A stretch of 64,000 nucleotides of DNA, taken from positions 45,911 to 109,910 of the IMG/VR virus record IMGVR_UViG_3300035659_000003; one strand, 5' to 3'. The DNA comes from a virus. The notes under the pieces are model-generated. The model made no database searches. It worked only from the letters and a program-made list of their open reading frames with translations, and was not told where the DNA came from. Position numbers and translations under genes: made by a program. Shown one piece after another: positions 46,974 through 57,483 of the stretch (within the stretch, counting starts at the first letter, position 1; each line of letters starts with the position of its first letter).

Positions 46974-47080
46974 GGCCTGGTATGGGGTATCCTCGCTCGA
47001 CGCTTTCCACACTGCTGCGTCCGGTGCAGGCGTTTTGCACCCTAGCCGTGAAAAACCGCAGCACGGGCTCATACCAGACC
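46974..47080 (-). ncRNA. Candidate structured ncRNA 5 nt upstream of tRNA-Met
   Basis: Terminal stem GGUCUGGUAUG/CAUACCAGGCC enclosing UGCUGCG/CGCAGCA and GGUGCA/UGCACC stems. Confidence 0.45.
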
Positions 47081-47284
47081 CGTGTTATCGTTGTCCTCGA
47101 CGCGCCCGTGTCGAATGATGTGAGGCTTGGTGTCTACGATCAGCCTAGTCTTAGCGTGGGGCTGGTAGGAAAGGTCAAGATTCACGACCTCCTGCTCCCC
47201 GCGCTCGATGGCGTCCGCATAGTGCCGAAGAACCTCTACGGCTCTCCGTCGAAGACTCTCGTAGTCTTCCACAAAAACCGACAT
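47069..47284 (-). CDS. Hypothetical protein
   Basis: 71 aa with RBS AAGGAG. Confidence 0.5.
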   Translation of the reverse strand: MSVFVEDYESLRRRAVEVLRHYADAIERGEQEVVNLDLSYQPHAKTRLIVDTKPHIIRHGRVEDNDNTGLV

Positions 47285-47689
47285 TGGCGCTCCTTTTGCT
47301 AGGCGGCGGGTTATCTCTGCCTAGCCTTATGAGGTGCTGGAGATTTCGCCCGCTCCACAGGTTCCCGACTAGGGAAGAATCCTGCTCAGCGGCCTCGGAC
47401 ACCTCACCGCCGCCCGTATATTATGCCTCCGGCCCCCACACTCTACCGTTGGCGGGCGGCCCTCCTGCTCGTTGCGCGCGCCAGGGCCGCGTCCCACTCC
47501 CAGATGTCAGCCTGAGCTACCAAACATCCCCCTGGGTATTCGCCAGGGTTAAGCCGTCTGACTCACGGCCTACCTAGTATACCACGCTAGGGCTCAAGTA
47601 TTCAGGCGTACTTGCAGGCAAACAGGAAGAAGATGCCAAAGTGGAATTTCCAGATTTCGATCTGGAACCCTATCCTAATGCCGCCCTCG

Positions 47690-48616
47690 TCATCCCTCAT
47701 GCGTAAAGCCCTCCTCCGCTAGCAACAGCTTATACCACTCAGGGAATCCGGCGGTCGCGATGCGGGTTATCCGCTGCCAAGCCCACCGGAACAGCGCGTC
47801 CTTGATGGCGTCCTCCTCTTCCTTCAGGACGTCCTCCTTGATCTCCTTCAGCAGCGGGCCGATGTCCTGGGGGGCATGCGTCCGCTCCCCGCGCTCCTCC
47901 ATGTGCTGGATCGCCTTGCGCCAGCGTGCCTCGGCGTGAAGGCCTATGCCTATTTGCTCGATGATGTCTTTCGACTGAGGGTTCGCCGCGCCCCAGGACT
48001 CGCGATGGACTTCCTTATAGGCTTCGCTGACGTACTTCCCCATAATGGTCTTCTTGTCCCGCCCGTACAGGCCGTAGGCCTTGATGACCACGCCCTCTAT
48101 CTTGGGGCCACCGAGGAAGGACTCACACGCCAACAGATTATTCAGCGCTTCCATTGAGTCGAATGGCTGGCCCAGCAGTCGTGGTGGCCAGGTGCCGATA
48201 TACATCAGAGGCACGCACTCCAGACCGATCCTCGCGCACTCCGCGCGCTTCTCGTCCGGCGTCAGGTAGTCCTCAACCCCTCGGTCGATGTCAAAGATCA
48301 CCACGTTCTTCTCAGGCACGCGATCGTAGAAGAGGGCGTTGTGCTTGCGCTTGTTGAGTACCTCGCCTCGGTACACCCAGCCTGGGTGCAAAGGCAGCTC
48401 GCGGACGTTCTCCACCGCCGCCTCGAACATCTTGTCGGGCGCGTCGGTCTGATCTTTGCCCTTGCTGCGGCAGACGAACTCGCCGCCTACCGTCTGCATG
48501 AAGGAGAACTGACTCCCATCGACCTTCTCCTCCACCACCACGGGGCCGGAGAACAGGTCTCCTAGCTCCCTGTGGCCGAGGGCATAAATCGAGCTGTAGG
48601 ACGGAATTGCACCCAT
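47690..48616 (-). CDS. RNA ligase (Rnl2-like nucleotidyltransferase)
   Basis: EEKVDGSQF (motif I KxDG), YRGE, IFDI, IEGVVIK and GKYV. Confidence 0.8.
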   Translation of the reverse strand: MGAIPSYSSIYALGHRELGDLFSGPVVVEEKVDGSQFSFMQTVGGEFVCRSKGKDQTDAPDKMFEAAVENVRELPLHPGWVYRGEVLNKRKHNALFYDRVPEKNVVIFDIDRGVEDYLTPDEKRAECARIGLECVPLMYIGTWPPRLLGQPFDSMEALNNLLACESFLGGPKIEGVVIKAYGLYGRDKKTIMGKYVSEAYKEVHRESWGAANPQSKDIIEQIGIGLHAEARWRKAIQHMEERGERTHAPQDIGPLLKEIKEDVLKEEEDAIKDALFRWAWQRITRIATAGFPEWYKLLLAEEGFTHEG

Positions 48617-49208
48617 GCTGGTGGTCTCCTTACTTCGGGCTCTCGATGTTATCGTCTAGCTGCATAGCGTACGCCACCATCCCGCCGTCGCCGAGGAAGG
48701 ACACGATCTTGCCTAGCTTCCTCAACCCCACGTAGCAAAGGTGGCACAAGAATATCTTCCGTCCGCACTGCCAATGCCGATAGGCCGCCAGGCGCTTGCA
48801 GAAGAGACAGGGCTGCAAAAGCTCCCCTATCTCAACTGCGCTGTCGATATCAACGGTGTGGAAGATCATTCCTGTCCTTCCGTCGCGGGGGGAACAGGGT
48901 CTTGAACCAGGCGACGACGAGGAGGGCCAGCATCGCGCCGGAGAACAGTGCCAGTGCTGTCCATGCCACGTCGTCAAGATAGTCAAACAGAGGCATCTCG
49001 TATCAGCTCCTCTAACCGCGCCACCATCTGTGGGCGGTCTATCTTCGGAACCTCGTCAATCAGCCGTGCGAGTCCTTCCTTGAGCGTGATAAGCTGCTTG
49101 CCAACCTCGCCGATGATTTCCTGCAGCGCCGCGATGTCGTCGGGGCCGCAGTCGCAGTCTAGCGGGGCGTTCTGTATCCGCTCCTCGGCACCTTCCGGCA
49201 CCGCGTAG

Positions 49209-49610
49209 CTACGAAGCCGGTCGATCAGCGACAGGCTCACGTCCGCGCTCCCGAATGTGGATCACAGGAATACCCGCCTTCTGTGCGCGCTGCACCATAT
49301 CGCCCGTGCCAGGCGTGTACTCGGCGGTCGGGGTGAAGGCGATCACCAGGTCAGGGTCACCTTCGTCTAGCATCTGTTGATTGCGGATGATGCCCGCCCT
49401 CTTGCCATGCTGCGCCCAGTTTGCAGGGAAGGACACCACATCGTAACCTAGCGCGCGTCCGGCCTTGTCCGCCAGCATATCGGCCCCGCGCGCCGCGCCG
49501 TGGATGATGACAATCTCCTGCAAAGGATAGAAAGTACGCACAGCCTCCATGACGCTGTAGAGAAGCTCGTAGTTGGTGAACTCTCGGCTGCCGCAGACTA
49601 GGATTCTCAT
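49209..49610 (-). CDS. SLOG/YspA-like (DUF2493) protein
   Basis: ILVCGSR, IIHGAARGAD, AGIIRNQQM and GTGDM. Confidence 0.85.
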   Translation of the reverse strand: MRILVCGSREFTNYELLYSVMEAVRTFYPLQEIVIIHGAARGADMLADKAGRALGYDVVSFPANWAQHGKRAGIIRNQQMLDEGDPDLVIAFTPTAEYTPGTGDMVQRAQKAGIPVIHIRERGREPVADRPAS

Positions 49611-51472
49611 TCAGATTGCTCCTTCTCCGGCGCGGGCCGCGCGCAATCCTCAATACAGCGCTGGCAACGCCAGTCCCCAGGGTCGTCGTAGCATTCGCCG
49701 AGGTGGTCGTCGCAACAAGCCGTCCAGCAGCGGTCGCAGAAGCCGATTGCCTCATTGTCGCAGAACTCGCAGCGCCCGCAGGGGCCTAGTTTCGGCATAG
49801 CCTACTCAGTATAACCGCTGCCAGGGATAGAATTGCCAAAAGTGCGAGCACAATTGGCCAGATCGCGGCCAGAAACGCCAACACAAGCCAGTCAAGGGGC
49901 TGGATGGTCGGGGGCTCCTCGCCGGTATTCTGGGCCAGGATCAGCCGCGCTAGCCCGCCGATTACGCCTACTCCGATAAGAAAATAGCCCGCAACAGCGG
50001 CCCCAAACAGCAAGGTAGGTAAAACCATCCGCTATCTCCTCTGCAGCGCCTGTGTTGGCCGCCGTGTGGCCGCACGTCTTACTTTTTGCGGTAGTCTGCA
50101 GGCTCGACTGCCGCTTCCGGCCCGTCGACCTGCTCGATCCGTAGCCGAACGTAGACCGTTGAGCCGTCCTCGGGCAGATCATCGATGCTTAGGCCAGGTT
50201 CCCCGACGAAAAGCACCCCGCCCATCAGGGGGCGGATGAACAGCGGGCCTGTATAATCGAGGATCGTTTTAGGCTTCGCCATCGTGCGCCTTGTTTCCGT
50301 CGTGTCCGCACCAGCAGCATATCCCGCTACTGACCGTGAACACGTAGTTCTCACGCCCACATTCAGGGCAGCGGACGAGGTAGAACCTGCCGTCCGTCCC
50401 CGTGAAGTTGGCGCGAGTGGCGTGCTCCCGCACCTCCAGTGCCCTAATCGCCTTCGCATCCAGCCTAGCCATCGCGGGGCTCCTGCCTCACTGTGCCCCC
50501 CTGCCTGTCGTAAGGCCCCCAGAACTCAGGGTAGTCCCTGCAGAGGATGTCCAGGAGGGCCTCAATCGTGTCATTCAGAACGATCAGTTGATGCTGGTTA
50601 GCTTTGCCCGTATGCCGCGCCGCCTCCCGTGCTGAGCGCAGGTTACCCACCGCCAGGTTCAGATAGAAAGCGGGGTGTCCTGGCTTGCCGTTTAGAATGT
50701 CCATTATACCGCTTCCTCCTTCTGCTCCTCTTTCGGGCGGGGCCGCCGGTAGCGCTTGTTGTCCGCCCAGGCGCGGGGCCGCCCACAGTTCAGGCAGTTC
50801 GCCGAGCGGGTGGTGATGTGGTGTCCACAGTTGCTGCAGACCCAGCTAATCCGGTTTGCTCCTGGGCGTCGTCCTCCTCGCTTACTCATGATTCCGGCCT
50901 CACGCAAATGACCAGGATGCTGATCAGGACAATGAATATCCCGACCAGGATGAGGCCTGCCGGAAAGTTGAGCAATGCCACGCCGCCGACGATGCAGGCC
51001 AGCCCCGCCAGTAGCCCGAGGCTGCCTATCACCTCGTCCTCTCTCTTGCTCATCGATAGGTGCCCCCGTGCTCCTCGGCCAGGATCGGCCAGAGTTCTTC
51101 CAGGGCCTTCAGGTAGTAGGCCACCCTGTAGTCGTTCGATACGTGTGGCCCGATGGCCCGCAACAGCGCGTAGACATTCCGGACGCGGGTTGTCTCCCAG
51201 GCGATCTTGCTCAGGTAGTCCTTGCTTCTGCTGCCTGGCGCGCGGCCTCGGCGGGCGGCGCTGAGCGCGTATCTCAAAACCAGCCCGACAGTATCCCACG
51301 CGTCGGGCCTGCATTGCAGGTGGGGCTCCCGTGCGCCGTTCCGGTGCTCCTCCAGGTAGTAGGTCAGCCCGTCCGTATCGAACGCCCGCGCCAGCAAGCG
51401 CAAGCCGTCCTCGTCGGGCACCTGGAGGTTCAGCGGCGCGAGTCTCGTGGCTTCGGTGGTCATATTACATTT

Positions 51473-51517
51473 CCCCCTTTCAGTGATATAGACGCCGGAG
51501 GGGGGCCTTCTGTTACA
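51473..51517 (-). promoter_or_regulatory. ECF-type promoter, class I
   Basis: TGTAAC-N17-CGTCTATAT-CACTGAAAGGGGG. Confidence 0.75.
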
Positions 51518-52169
51518 CCTAGTCGGCGTCTTCTTCGTACCAAGCAGGCGTCCCCGTCTGGATGCGCGCCCAGTCATGCATCGCCTTCTCCTCGGTGTCG
51601 TAGGCTCCGTATTCTACGAAGCCCTGGCTGTCCTCGGAGAGGATCGCGTAGGACGCGCAAGCCAGGCCAGTATCAAGTATCAAGCCGTACCAGCCGCCCT
51701 CGTCCACGCTGCCGAACTCGTCGTCGCAGCCGTCCAGGGACAGCTCGTAGAGCGCCTCCCCGACAGGGCCGCAAGCCTCGAACTTGCCAGGGTGCCGTGT
51801 GTCGTCGTCGATTACGCAGGTCATGCGGGTTGCCTCATCTCCCGAACGTCCTGCCGGACAAGCGGGGCCGCCTCACGGTGCACGAAGCTCGGGCAGTTGC
51901 AGAGGTGCCCTGCCTTCTTGCACGGCGCGCCGCAGTAGCCAGTAGGCTTCTCGTGCTCGTGGTTGCAGCGCTTACAGATGGTGTCGTTCATGACTTCTCC
52001 TTCTACAGGCTTACGCCTGGGATGAATAAGCGCAGGTTATCGGTAGGGATTACGGGTATCGCCGTAATTACCCTGATGCGCGCGCCACAGAGAGGTGCGT
52101 TAGGCCAACGCCCTAGCTGCCTCACAAGGTTGCGTGCCTCAGCAACGGTCAAGACGACTACGGGCGCGG

Positions 52170-52421
52170 TCATGGCTGCAGGTTCTCCTCTCCCGCCGAT
52201 AGCGGCTGGCCACATGCGGCAATGAGTGCCGCCCCTGCTGACTCCGTGCTCGACCACTCGGGAACGGGGGCCATGGTGTAGTTGCTCTCCACGTAGGCGT
52301 TCACGCAAGTCAGCCAATCGAGGCTAGCGTATGGGTTGATCTGCGTCTCGCCGTACCCGCTGCAGGCGGTCAGCAGCCCCGTGACTGCCAGGGCCGATAT
52401 TATCACCAGGCGCTTCATCAA
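52170..52421 (-). CDS. Putative lipoprotein
   Basis: Signal peptide plus LLTA-C lipobox. Confidence 0.6.
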   Translation of the reverse strand: MMKRLVIISALAVTGLLTACSGYGETQINPYASLDWLTCVNAYVESNYTMAPVPEWSSTESAGAALIAACGQPLSAGEENLQP

Positions 52422-52988
52422 TACCGCCCCGCCAGATTCTCGCGGCAGATGTCGGGGTCTTTGTGCCAGTCCCCGTCACCCAGGGCCGCCTCGTTGACCG
52501 CCTCCATAATGCCCTCCGCCGCCGCGTAAACCAGGCTCAAGGCGTTCAGCCGCGTGGCCAGCCCCGAGATGAGCCGCAGCAGGGACGTGACTGGGTTCGC
52601 CTTGCGTGACCAGGCTCGGCACACCGCGTATCCGGTCGTTGCCCAGGTGTCGCCCTTGAACGCAGCCCAGACTATGCCGTTCGGCTGGGCCTGAATGATC
52701 TCGATGCATGCTGTTCGCGTCATGCCAGCACCTCCGCGTTGTAGACGAACCTCGCGCCGCCGTCGTAGGAGCGCGCCACTATGTGAACCTCGCTCCAGGC
52801 GTCCACGAACATGCGGAACGCTCCGGCGCTTGAGCCCAGGAACAGGGTGCGAGCCCGCTCGGTGGGGGCGAAGGAGATGTCCCCGACGGACGGGATGGTG
52901 ATCTCCGTCAGCGTCCCGCGCTGGCAAATCGTGACCCCAGGGTAGGCGTCCGCTACGATCGAGGTCTCGGCTAGGTATCGGTTGGTCT

Positions 52989-53567
52989 TCATGTTGCATC
53001 ACCCCTTTCATTAGATATAGACGGCGGAGGGGGTGACTTCGTTACACTCTTTGCCAACATAATCGTCACATCTTTCGGTGCGACTTTGATCTTTGCGGCC
53101 CGCGCCGACTTGCACAGCGCGGTGCGATCAAGCTTCACATAGCGCGCCAGCAGCTCGATGTAGAGCCGAACGAACTCGGGGCCGTGTCCTGGGATGACAA
53201 TCTGCCGACCCTTTGCCAGTTGCCGCTTCCTCGCGACGCCGCGCGCCAGTAAGGAGTGGGCCGTCTCGTGGTAGACAACTACCGGATTCCGCGCCCACCT
53301 CGGCAGGCTGATGGTGTAGAGGCCGCCGCGTGCGATCCGTGACCCGCGCCCGTCCTTGATGTAGGGATAGGTGGCGTCATAACCAAATGCCTTGAACGCG
53401 CGGCGGATCAGCACCGTGCACTCAGAGAGAGGCATTGGGCGCTCCAGCGCAGAAGAGAGCCACCAAGGGGTCGCCTTCTCCCAGCGGTACACCTTCGCCC
53501 GCTGGGAATCGCGCCCGCTCCTGGTAGCTAGGGTATTGTCGACGTAGTCCTGTAGGTCGGTGCCCAT
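52989..53567 (-). CDS. SprT-like zinc metallopeptidase
   Basis: VVYHETAH...GHGPEF. Confidence 0.65.
   Translation of the reverse strand: MGTDLQDYVDNTLATRSGRDSQRAKVYRWEKATPWWLSSALERPMPLSECTVLIRRAFKAFGYDATYPYIKDGRGSRIARGGLYTISLPRWARNPVVVYHETAHSLLARGVARKRQLAKGRQIVIPGHGPEFVRLYIELLARYVKLDRTALCKSARAAKIKVAPKDVTIMLAKSVTKSPPPPSISNERGDAT
53002..53046 (-). promoter_or_regulatory. ECF-type promoter, class I
   Basis: TGTAAC-N17-CGTCTATAT-CTAATGAAAGGGG. Confidence 0.75.
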
Positions 53568-54495
53568 CCTAGTAGCTCTCCACCACGTTGCCGCATTTCG
53601 GGCATTCCCACTCCGTCAGCCGGACGCCCCTGCGCCCGTCCGCGTCGGCCCCGTAGTGGGGGTCGCAGCCGACGTAGCGCCAGTCGGAGCAGCCACAGTC
53701 GCAGGGGTCGGGGCGGTCGGCGAGGTATTCCTCGTAGGCCGCGTCCCGCTTGCCGTCCTCGTGCATCTCCTCGTAGGTCGACATCCTAGATCACCCCCGC
53801 AATCGCCAAGGCCAAAAGCAGTAGATAGACCAGGGAGAAGGCCCCACCGATTGCCCACGGAATCCAACTCGTTCTGGAGTCGATGTCCACTAGTAGCCTA
53901 CCTTCAGGATGGGCGGATCGTCGGCGCAGGCAGGATACTGGGCGGCTTCGAGCAGGGCCTCCAGGCCATCCCCGATGGTCTCAAGGAACTTCGTGCCTGG
54001 CCGCCCGCAGCGGTCTTCCGCCTCGTCGTGGGCGATCCTGGCCAGCACGATCAGTACGTCCTCCCAGCAGTTGGTATCGATCAGGTCGCCCAGTCGGGTG
54101 GCGAGGGTCTGGCCCATGTCGTCGGGGTCTGTAACGATGATCGGGTTGGTGTCGTTCATCCTTAGTAGCCCCTCCGACATATCTTGTCAAACAGGGCGTC
54201 GGCCAGGTTCTCGCTGGTGCAGTTGATGATCTCCTGAACCAGCTCGGCCTTGCGCGTTGCCCGTTCCGCGTCTTTCCGATCCCAGCTCTCTTTCCATTGC
54301 CGATGCCGCTCCGCGATCTTTTCCGCCTTGCGCACGGGGTCGTGCATCAGGCAGTAGTAAGACCCGTCGCCAGAGGATGCGGGCCGGAACACCTTCGCGT
54401 TGTGTGAGCAGGCGTGATTGTAGTAAACGCCGTCGTAGATCTGCTCGGAGCACTTGATGGGCTTGCCGTTGGCGTCGAGTAGTGCCTTAGCCATT

Positions 54496-55053
54496 CTAGT
54501 TGTCCTCGCCCTCGTCGTCCGCGTCCTCGTTGCCCCAGCCCTCGTCCTCGTCCTCCTGGAACCGGACTTCGATGGCTATGGGGTAGCCCATGACGTCGCG
54601 CTGAACGTAGACGGGGTAGCTGCCGTCGCCGTAGCCGGTGCTGCTGACCGCGCCCTCGCCGTGCCCGAAGAAGTCCTTGTCTTCCCATTCCCCGTTGGGG
54701 CCGGTCTTGTAGTGGGCCAGAACCGCGTCGTAGTTGAGGGGGAAGCCGGACAAGCAGCCGATGAACATCTGGCCGCTGTCTACCCCGTTGCCCTCGTTGA
54801 CGCGCTCCCAGTCCGAGCCTGCCGCGCGAGCCGCGAAGGTGTTGTAGCCGTCCTTGGTCGCCCGCAGGATGCTGACGCGACCCTCGCCCATCTCGATCTC
54901 GGCCACCCAGGTGCCCCCGCAGCCGGTAAAGACCAGGCCCAGGTCGTGCTTGATCAGCTCATCAAGACTGTCGTTCTCGTCTATGTAGCAAGGGTCGGCA
55001 ACGACGATCCGATCCTTAACCTCGAACGCTACTTTGCCGGTGGTTTCCTTCAT
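54496..55053 (-). CDS. DUF4241-like protein
   Basis: VVADPCY, GVDSGQ and STGYGDGSYPVY. Confidence 0.7.
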   Translation of the reverse strand: MKETTGKVAFEVKDRIVVADPCYIDENDSLDELIKHDLGLVFTGCGGTWVAEIEMGEGRVSILRATKDGYNTFAARAAGSDWERVNEGNGVDSGQMFIGCLSGFPLNYDAVLAHYKTGPNGEWEDKDFFGHGEGAVSSTGYGDGSYPVYVQRDVMGYPIAIEVRFQEDEDEGWGNEDADDEGEDN

Positions 55054-55335
55054 GCTGATGCCTCCTTTGCCGCCGTTCCAGCGGCCAGCTCCTTGCAGAT
55101 GGGGCAATTCTCGTCGGGGGTGCCATAACGTGGGTCTTCGTGACCTCGGTCGTTGTGCTCGTTCTCCCAGCCCGCGCGGTCGAAGCAGGTGGTGCAAAGG
55201 CCGCATTGATTATTCGCGTACTCGCGCCACGTCAGTTTGCCGCATTCTACGCAGGCTGCGGTGCCTCTGTTCTGACCCTTGTTGAAGCCCCTTCTTGTCA
55301 TGTTCCCCGCCTCCCTTTCTGAATCCCTATCTCAA

Positions 55336-55376
55336 CCTTCTACTGATAGAGACGGTCGGAAGGGGGGTGTGTTACA
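55336..55376 (-). promoter_or_regulatory. ECF-type promoter, class I
   Basis: TGTAAC-N16-CGTCTCTAT-CAGTAGAAGG. Confidence 0.75.
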
Positions 55377-55622
55377 ACTTGTGTGCGGCAAGTTGAAGTT
55401 TTTATCGGGCAACTGCCCCAATTTCGCCTCGCGCCCACTCGCCGTGCGTGCTCAGGAGCTTTAGCTTCCGTAGCGCGCGGCGGCAAGCCGAGCAGATAAG
55501 GAGATACTGGCGCGCGTCCAGCGGCCTCGGCGGGTGTAGGCACACGTCCTTCGTGGGAGTGGCGCAGAACCGACAGGGCTCCTTGTAGCCGTCGGTGAAG
55601 TGCCAGCCGTTCCAGACGGGGA

Positions 55623-56069
55623 TCATACCTGCCCCCCTAGTTCTCCCCACATGGATTCCAGATCCACGCCCTGATACTCTGCCTCCACCCAGTCCTCCCG
55701 ATAGCCCCAATCGTCGAAGCTCACCCCGTACCGCAGGAACAAGGGCAGCGCCGTCCGATAGAACAGCGGGCCGTGCCCCTCGTCTATCGGGCATAGCCAG
55801 TGGGCCATCTCGTGGAGAATTGTGTGCAGAGTGAAGTCGTGCGAGTTCAGCCACACCATCCCGTTCGGGAACACGACGTCCTCCCCTGGCGATGCCGCCA
55901 TCCCGTTCAGCCCGTCCGTGTCCTCTGATTCGCCCGCCCACAAGACCAGTGGTCTGATGGAGTGGCCCGCATCCCGCGCGAGCCAGTCGATAGCCGACGT
56001 CACCCACGCGGGCGGGTCGGAGTAGGCGCAGTCTGGGCCGTTGGGCCACGTCGTGGGATCGAAACTCAT
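55623..56069 (-). CDS. SprT-like zinc metallopeptidase
   Basis: TILHEMAH...GHGPLF. Confidence 0.65.
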   Translation of the reverse strand: MSFDPTTWPNGPDCAYSDPPAWVTSAIDWLARDAGHSIRPLVLWAGESEDTDGLNGMAASPGEDVVFPNGMVWLNSHDFTLHTILHEMAHWLCPIDEGHGPLFYRTALPLFLRYGVSFDDWGYREDWVEAEYQGVDLESMWGELGGQV

Positions 56070-56076
56070 ATTTTCC

Positions 56077-56118
56077 ACCTCCACTGATATAGACGGCGAA
56101 GGGGGGTGATCTGTTACA
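56077..56118 (-). promoter_or_regulatory. ECF-type promoter, class I
   Basis: TGTAAC-N17-CGTCTATAT-CAGTGGAGG. Confidence 0.75.
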
Positions 56119-56270
56119 AACCCCCCTCCGCCAGGGCCATCCTACCGCGAGGCCTCCAGCCCCATTTTGAGGAGTTCCCAGCGCAACGGGACTTCGTCTA
56201 GCCAACGCTCGAACTCCGCCCGCGTCATCGGCTTTTGTGCCATCCGATATCACCACCTTTCACTGAACCC

Positions 56271-56299
56271 ACCATAAGCCTTGGTGGGGGGAAAGTCAA
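56271..56299 (-). promoter_or_regulatory. Sigma70-like promoter
   Basis: TTGACT-N17-TATGGT, upstream of CAGTGAAAGGTGG and the small ORF MAQKPMTRAEFERWL. Confidence 0.6.
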
Positions 56300-56598
56300 G
56301 TGATTTTCGGGGGAGTTTACGGCCCAACGAGCCCCTATATAGACCGAACGTGTGGCCACACGAGGGCTCACACGGGGGGTGTATCCGCGAAGTGGCAGTA
56401 CCATACCAGGGGCATATTCAGCGCACATTAGAATCCTAAAAGCTGCTTTGCTCGTATACAAACGGGGATCATAGCAACCAGGTGGCCAGCCGGTAAAGCC
56501 CCACCGCGCCCGCGAATACAGGGATACCGATGACCGCCGCCGCGAATAGCATGAAGACCGTGAACTCCAGCCAGTCCTCGTTGACCCCGAATGGCCGG

Positions 56599-56892
56599 TC
56601 AGTCTTCACCAGGCACCTCCCCCGCCAGATCATCCGCGAATGCGGCCAAAACGTCACCGTGACAAGGAAGGGGGGCGCACCAGCAACCGAGGCGCTTGCC
56701 CCGCATTGCCTTCAGCTCGGCGACCGCGCCAGGTTGCCAGAGCAGGGACGACCACAGCCAATCTTCGTATTTTGCTATGACCTCTTCACGTGTTCCGTCC
56801 TGCCCGATCTGGTAGGGGTTTCCCCACTTACTCGGGCGACCAATGTAGACGTCGTAAGGCTCGCGCTTGCAGTGGACGACGGTGGTTTTCAT
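56599..56892 (-). CDS. DUF4326 domain protein
   Basis: YDVYIGRPSKWGNPY...GKRLGCWCAPLPCHGDVL. Confidence 0.85.
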   Translation of the reverse strand: MKTTVVHCKREPYDVYIGRPSKWGNPYQIGQDGTREEVIAKYEDWLWSSLLWQPGAVAELKAMRGKRLGCWCAPLPCHGDVLAAFADDLAGEVPGED

Positions 56893-57483
56893 GCTGGCAC
56901 GTCCACGCTTGGGTATGCCTCGTGGCCCTCTATAGTGATCTGGTAGTAGGTACAGTGCCGCATGAAGTTGGCGCTGTGCTCGCCGCCCAGTTGGGGCTGA
57001 TAGGCAGCAAAGCCCATCCGAACCAGAGAATCCAGGGTGTTCCGGCTTTCCTTCAGGTCAGCAGGGGTTGCCGCCGTTTTGAGATGGTACAGCTTCCCCA
57101 GCGCCCGACCCTGGGCCTTAGAAAGGAGGATTATGAAGAGGTTAGCTAGTGTCACTACTTCCTCCCGCGACGGCCTGCGCGCACGATGCTGGCATACTCC
57201 TTTGCCAGCTCAACCGCGCCGTGCTTCTGCCCCCAGCCGCCCCCATCAGGCCAGGATACCCAGAATATGTGGCCGATCAGCTCTTCGGGGCTGATTGCTC
57301 CGGCCTCCTTCAACAGGGTTATGGTCTCCCTGGCGTCGTCGAGCGTTGCCCCCGTCCCCGTAGCCTGGGTGCCCAGTTGCAACAGGTCAAGGTGCAGCCC
57401 GAAAGCAGGCTCGTCCGTAGAGTAGAGCCCTATGCGCGCCGCGCGGCAAATCCACAAGTCCTTAACCATGCGGGCGCTCCTCT

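Larger units (their letters stand above)
48630..52992 (-). other. Block of short early hypothetical CDSs (Zn-finger, membrane and acidic proteins)
   Basis: About 15 coupled minus-strand ORFs, e.g. 48983-49240, 49607-49798, 49786-50028, 50269-50472, 50465-50704, 51050-51463, 51519-51824 and 52720-52992. Confidence 0.5.
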
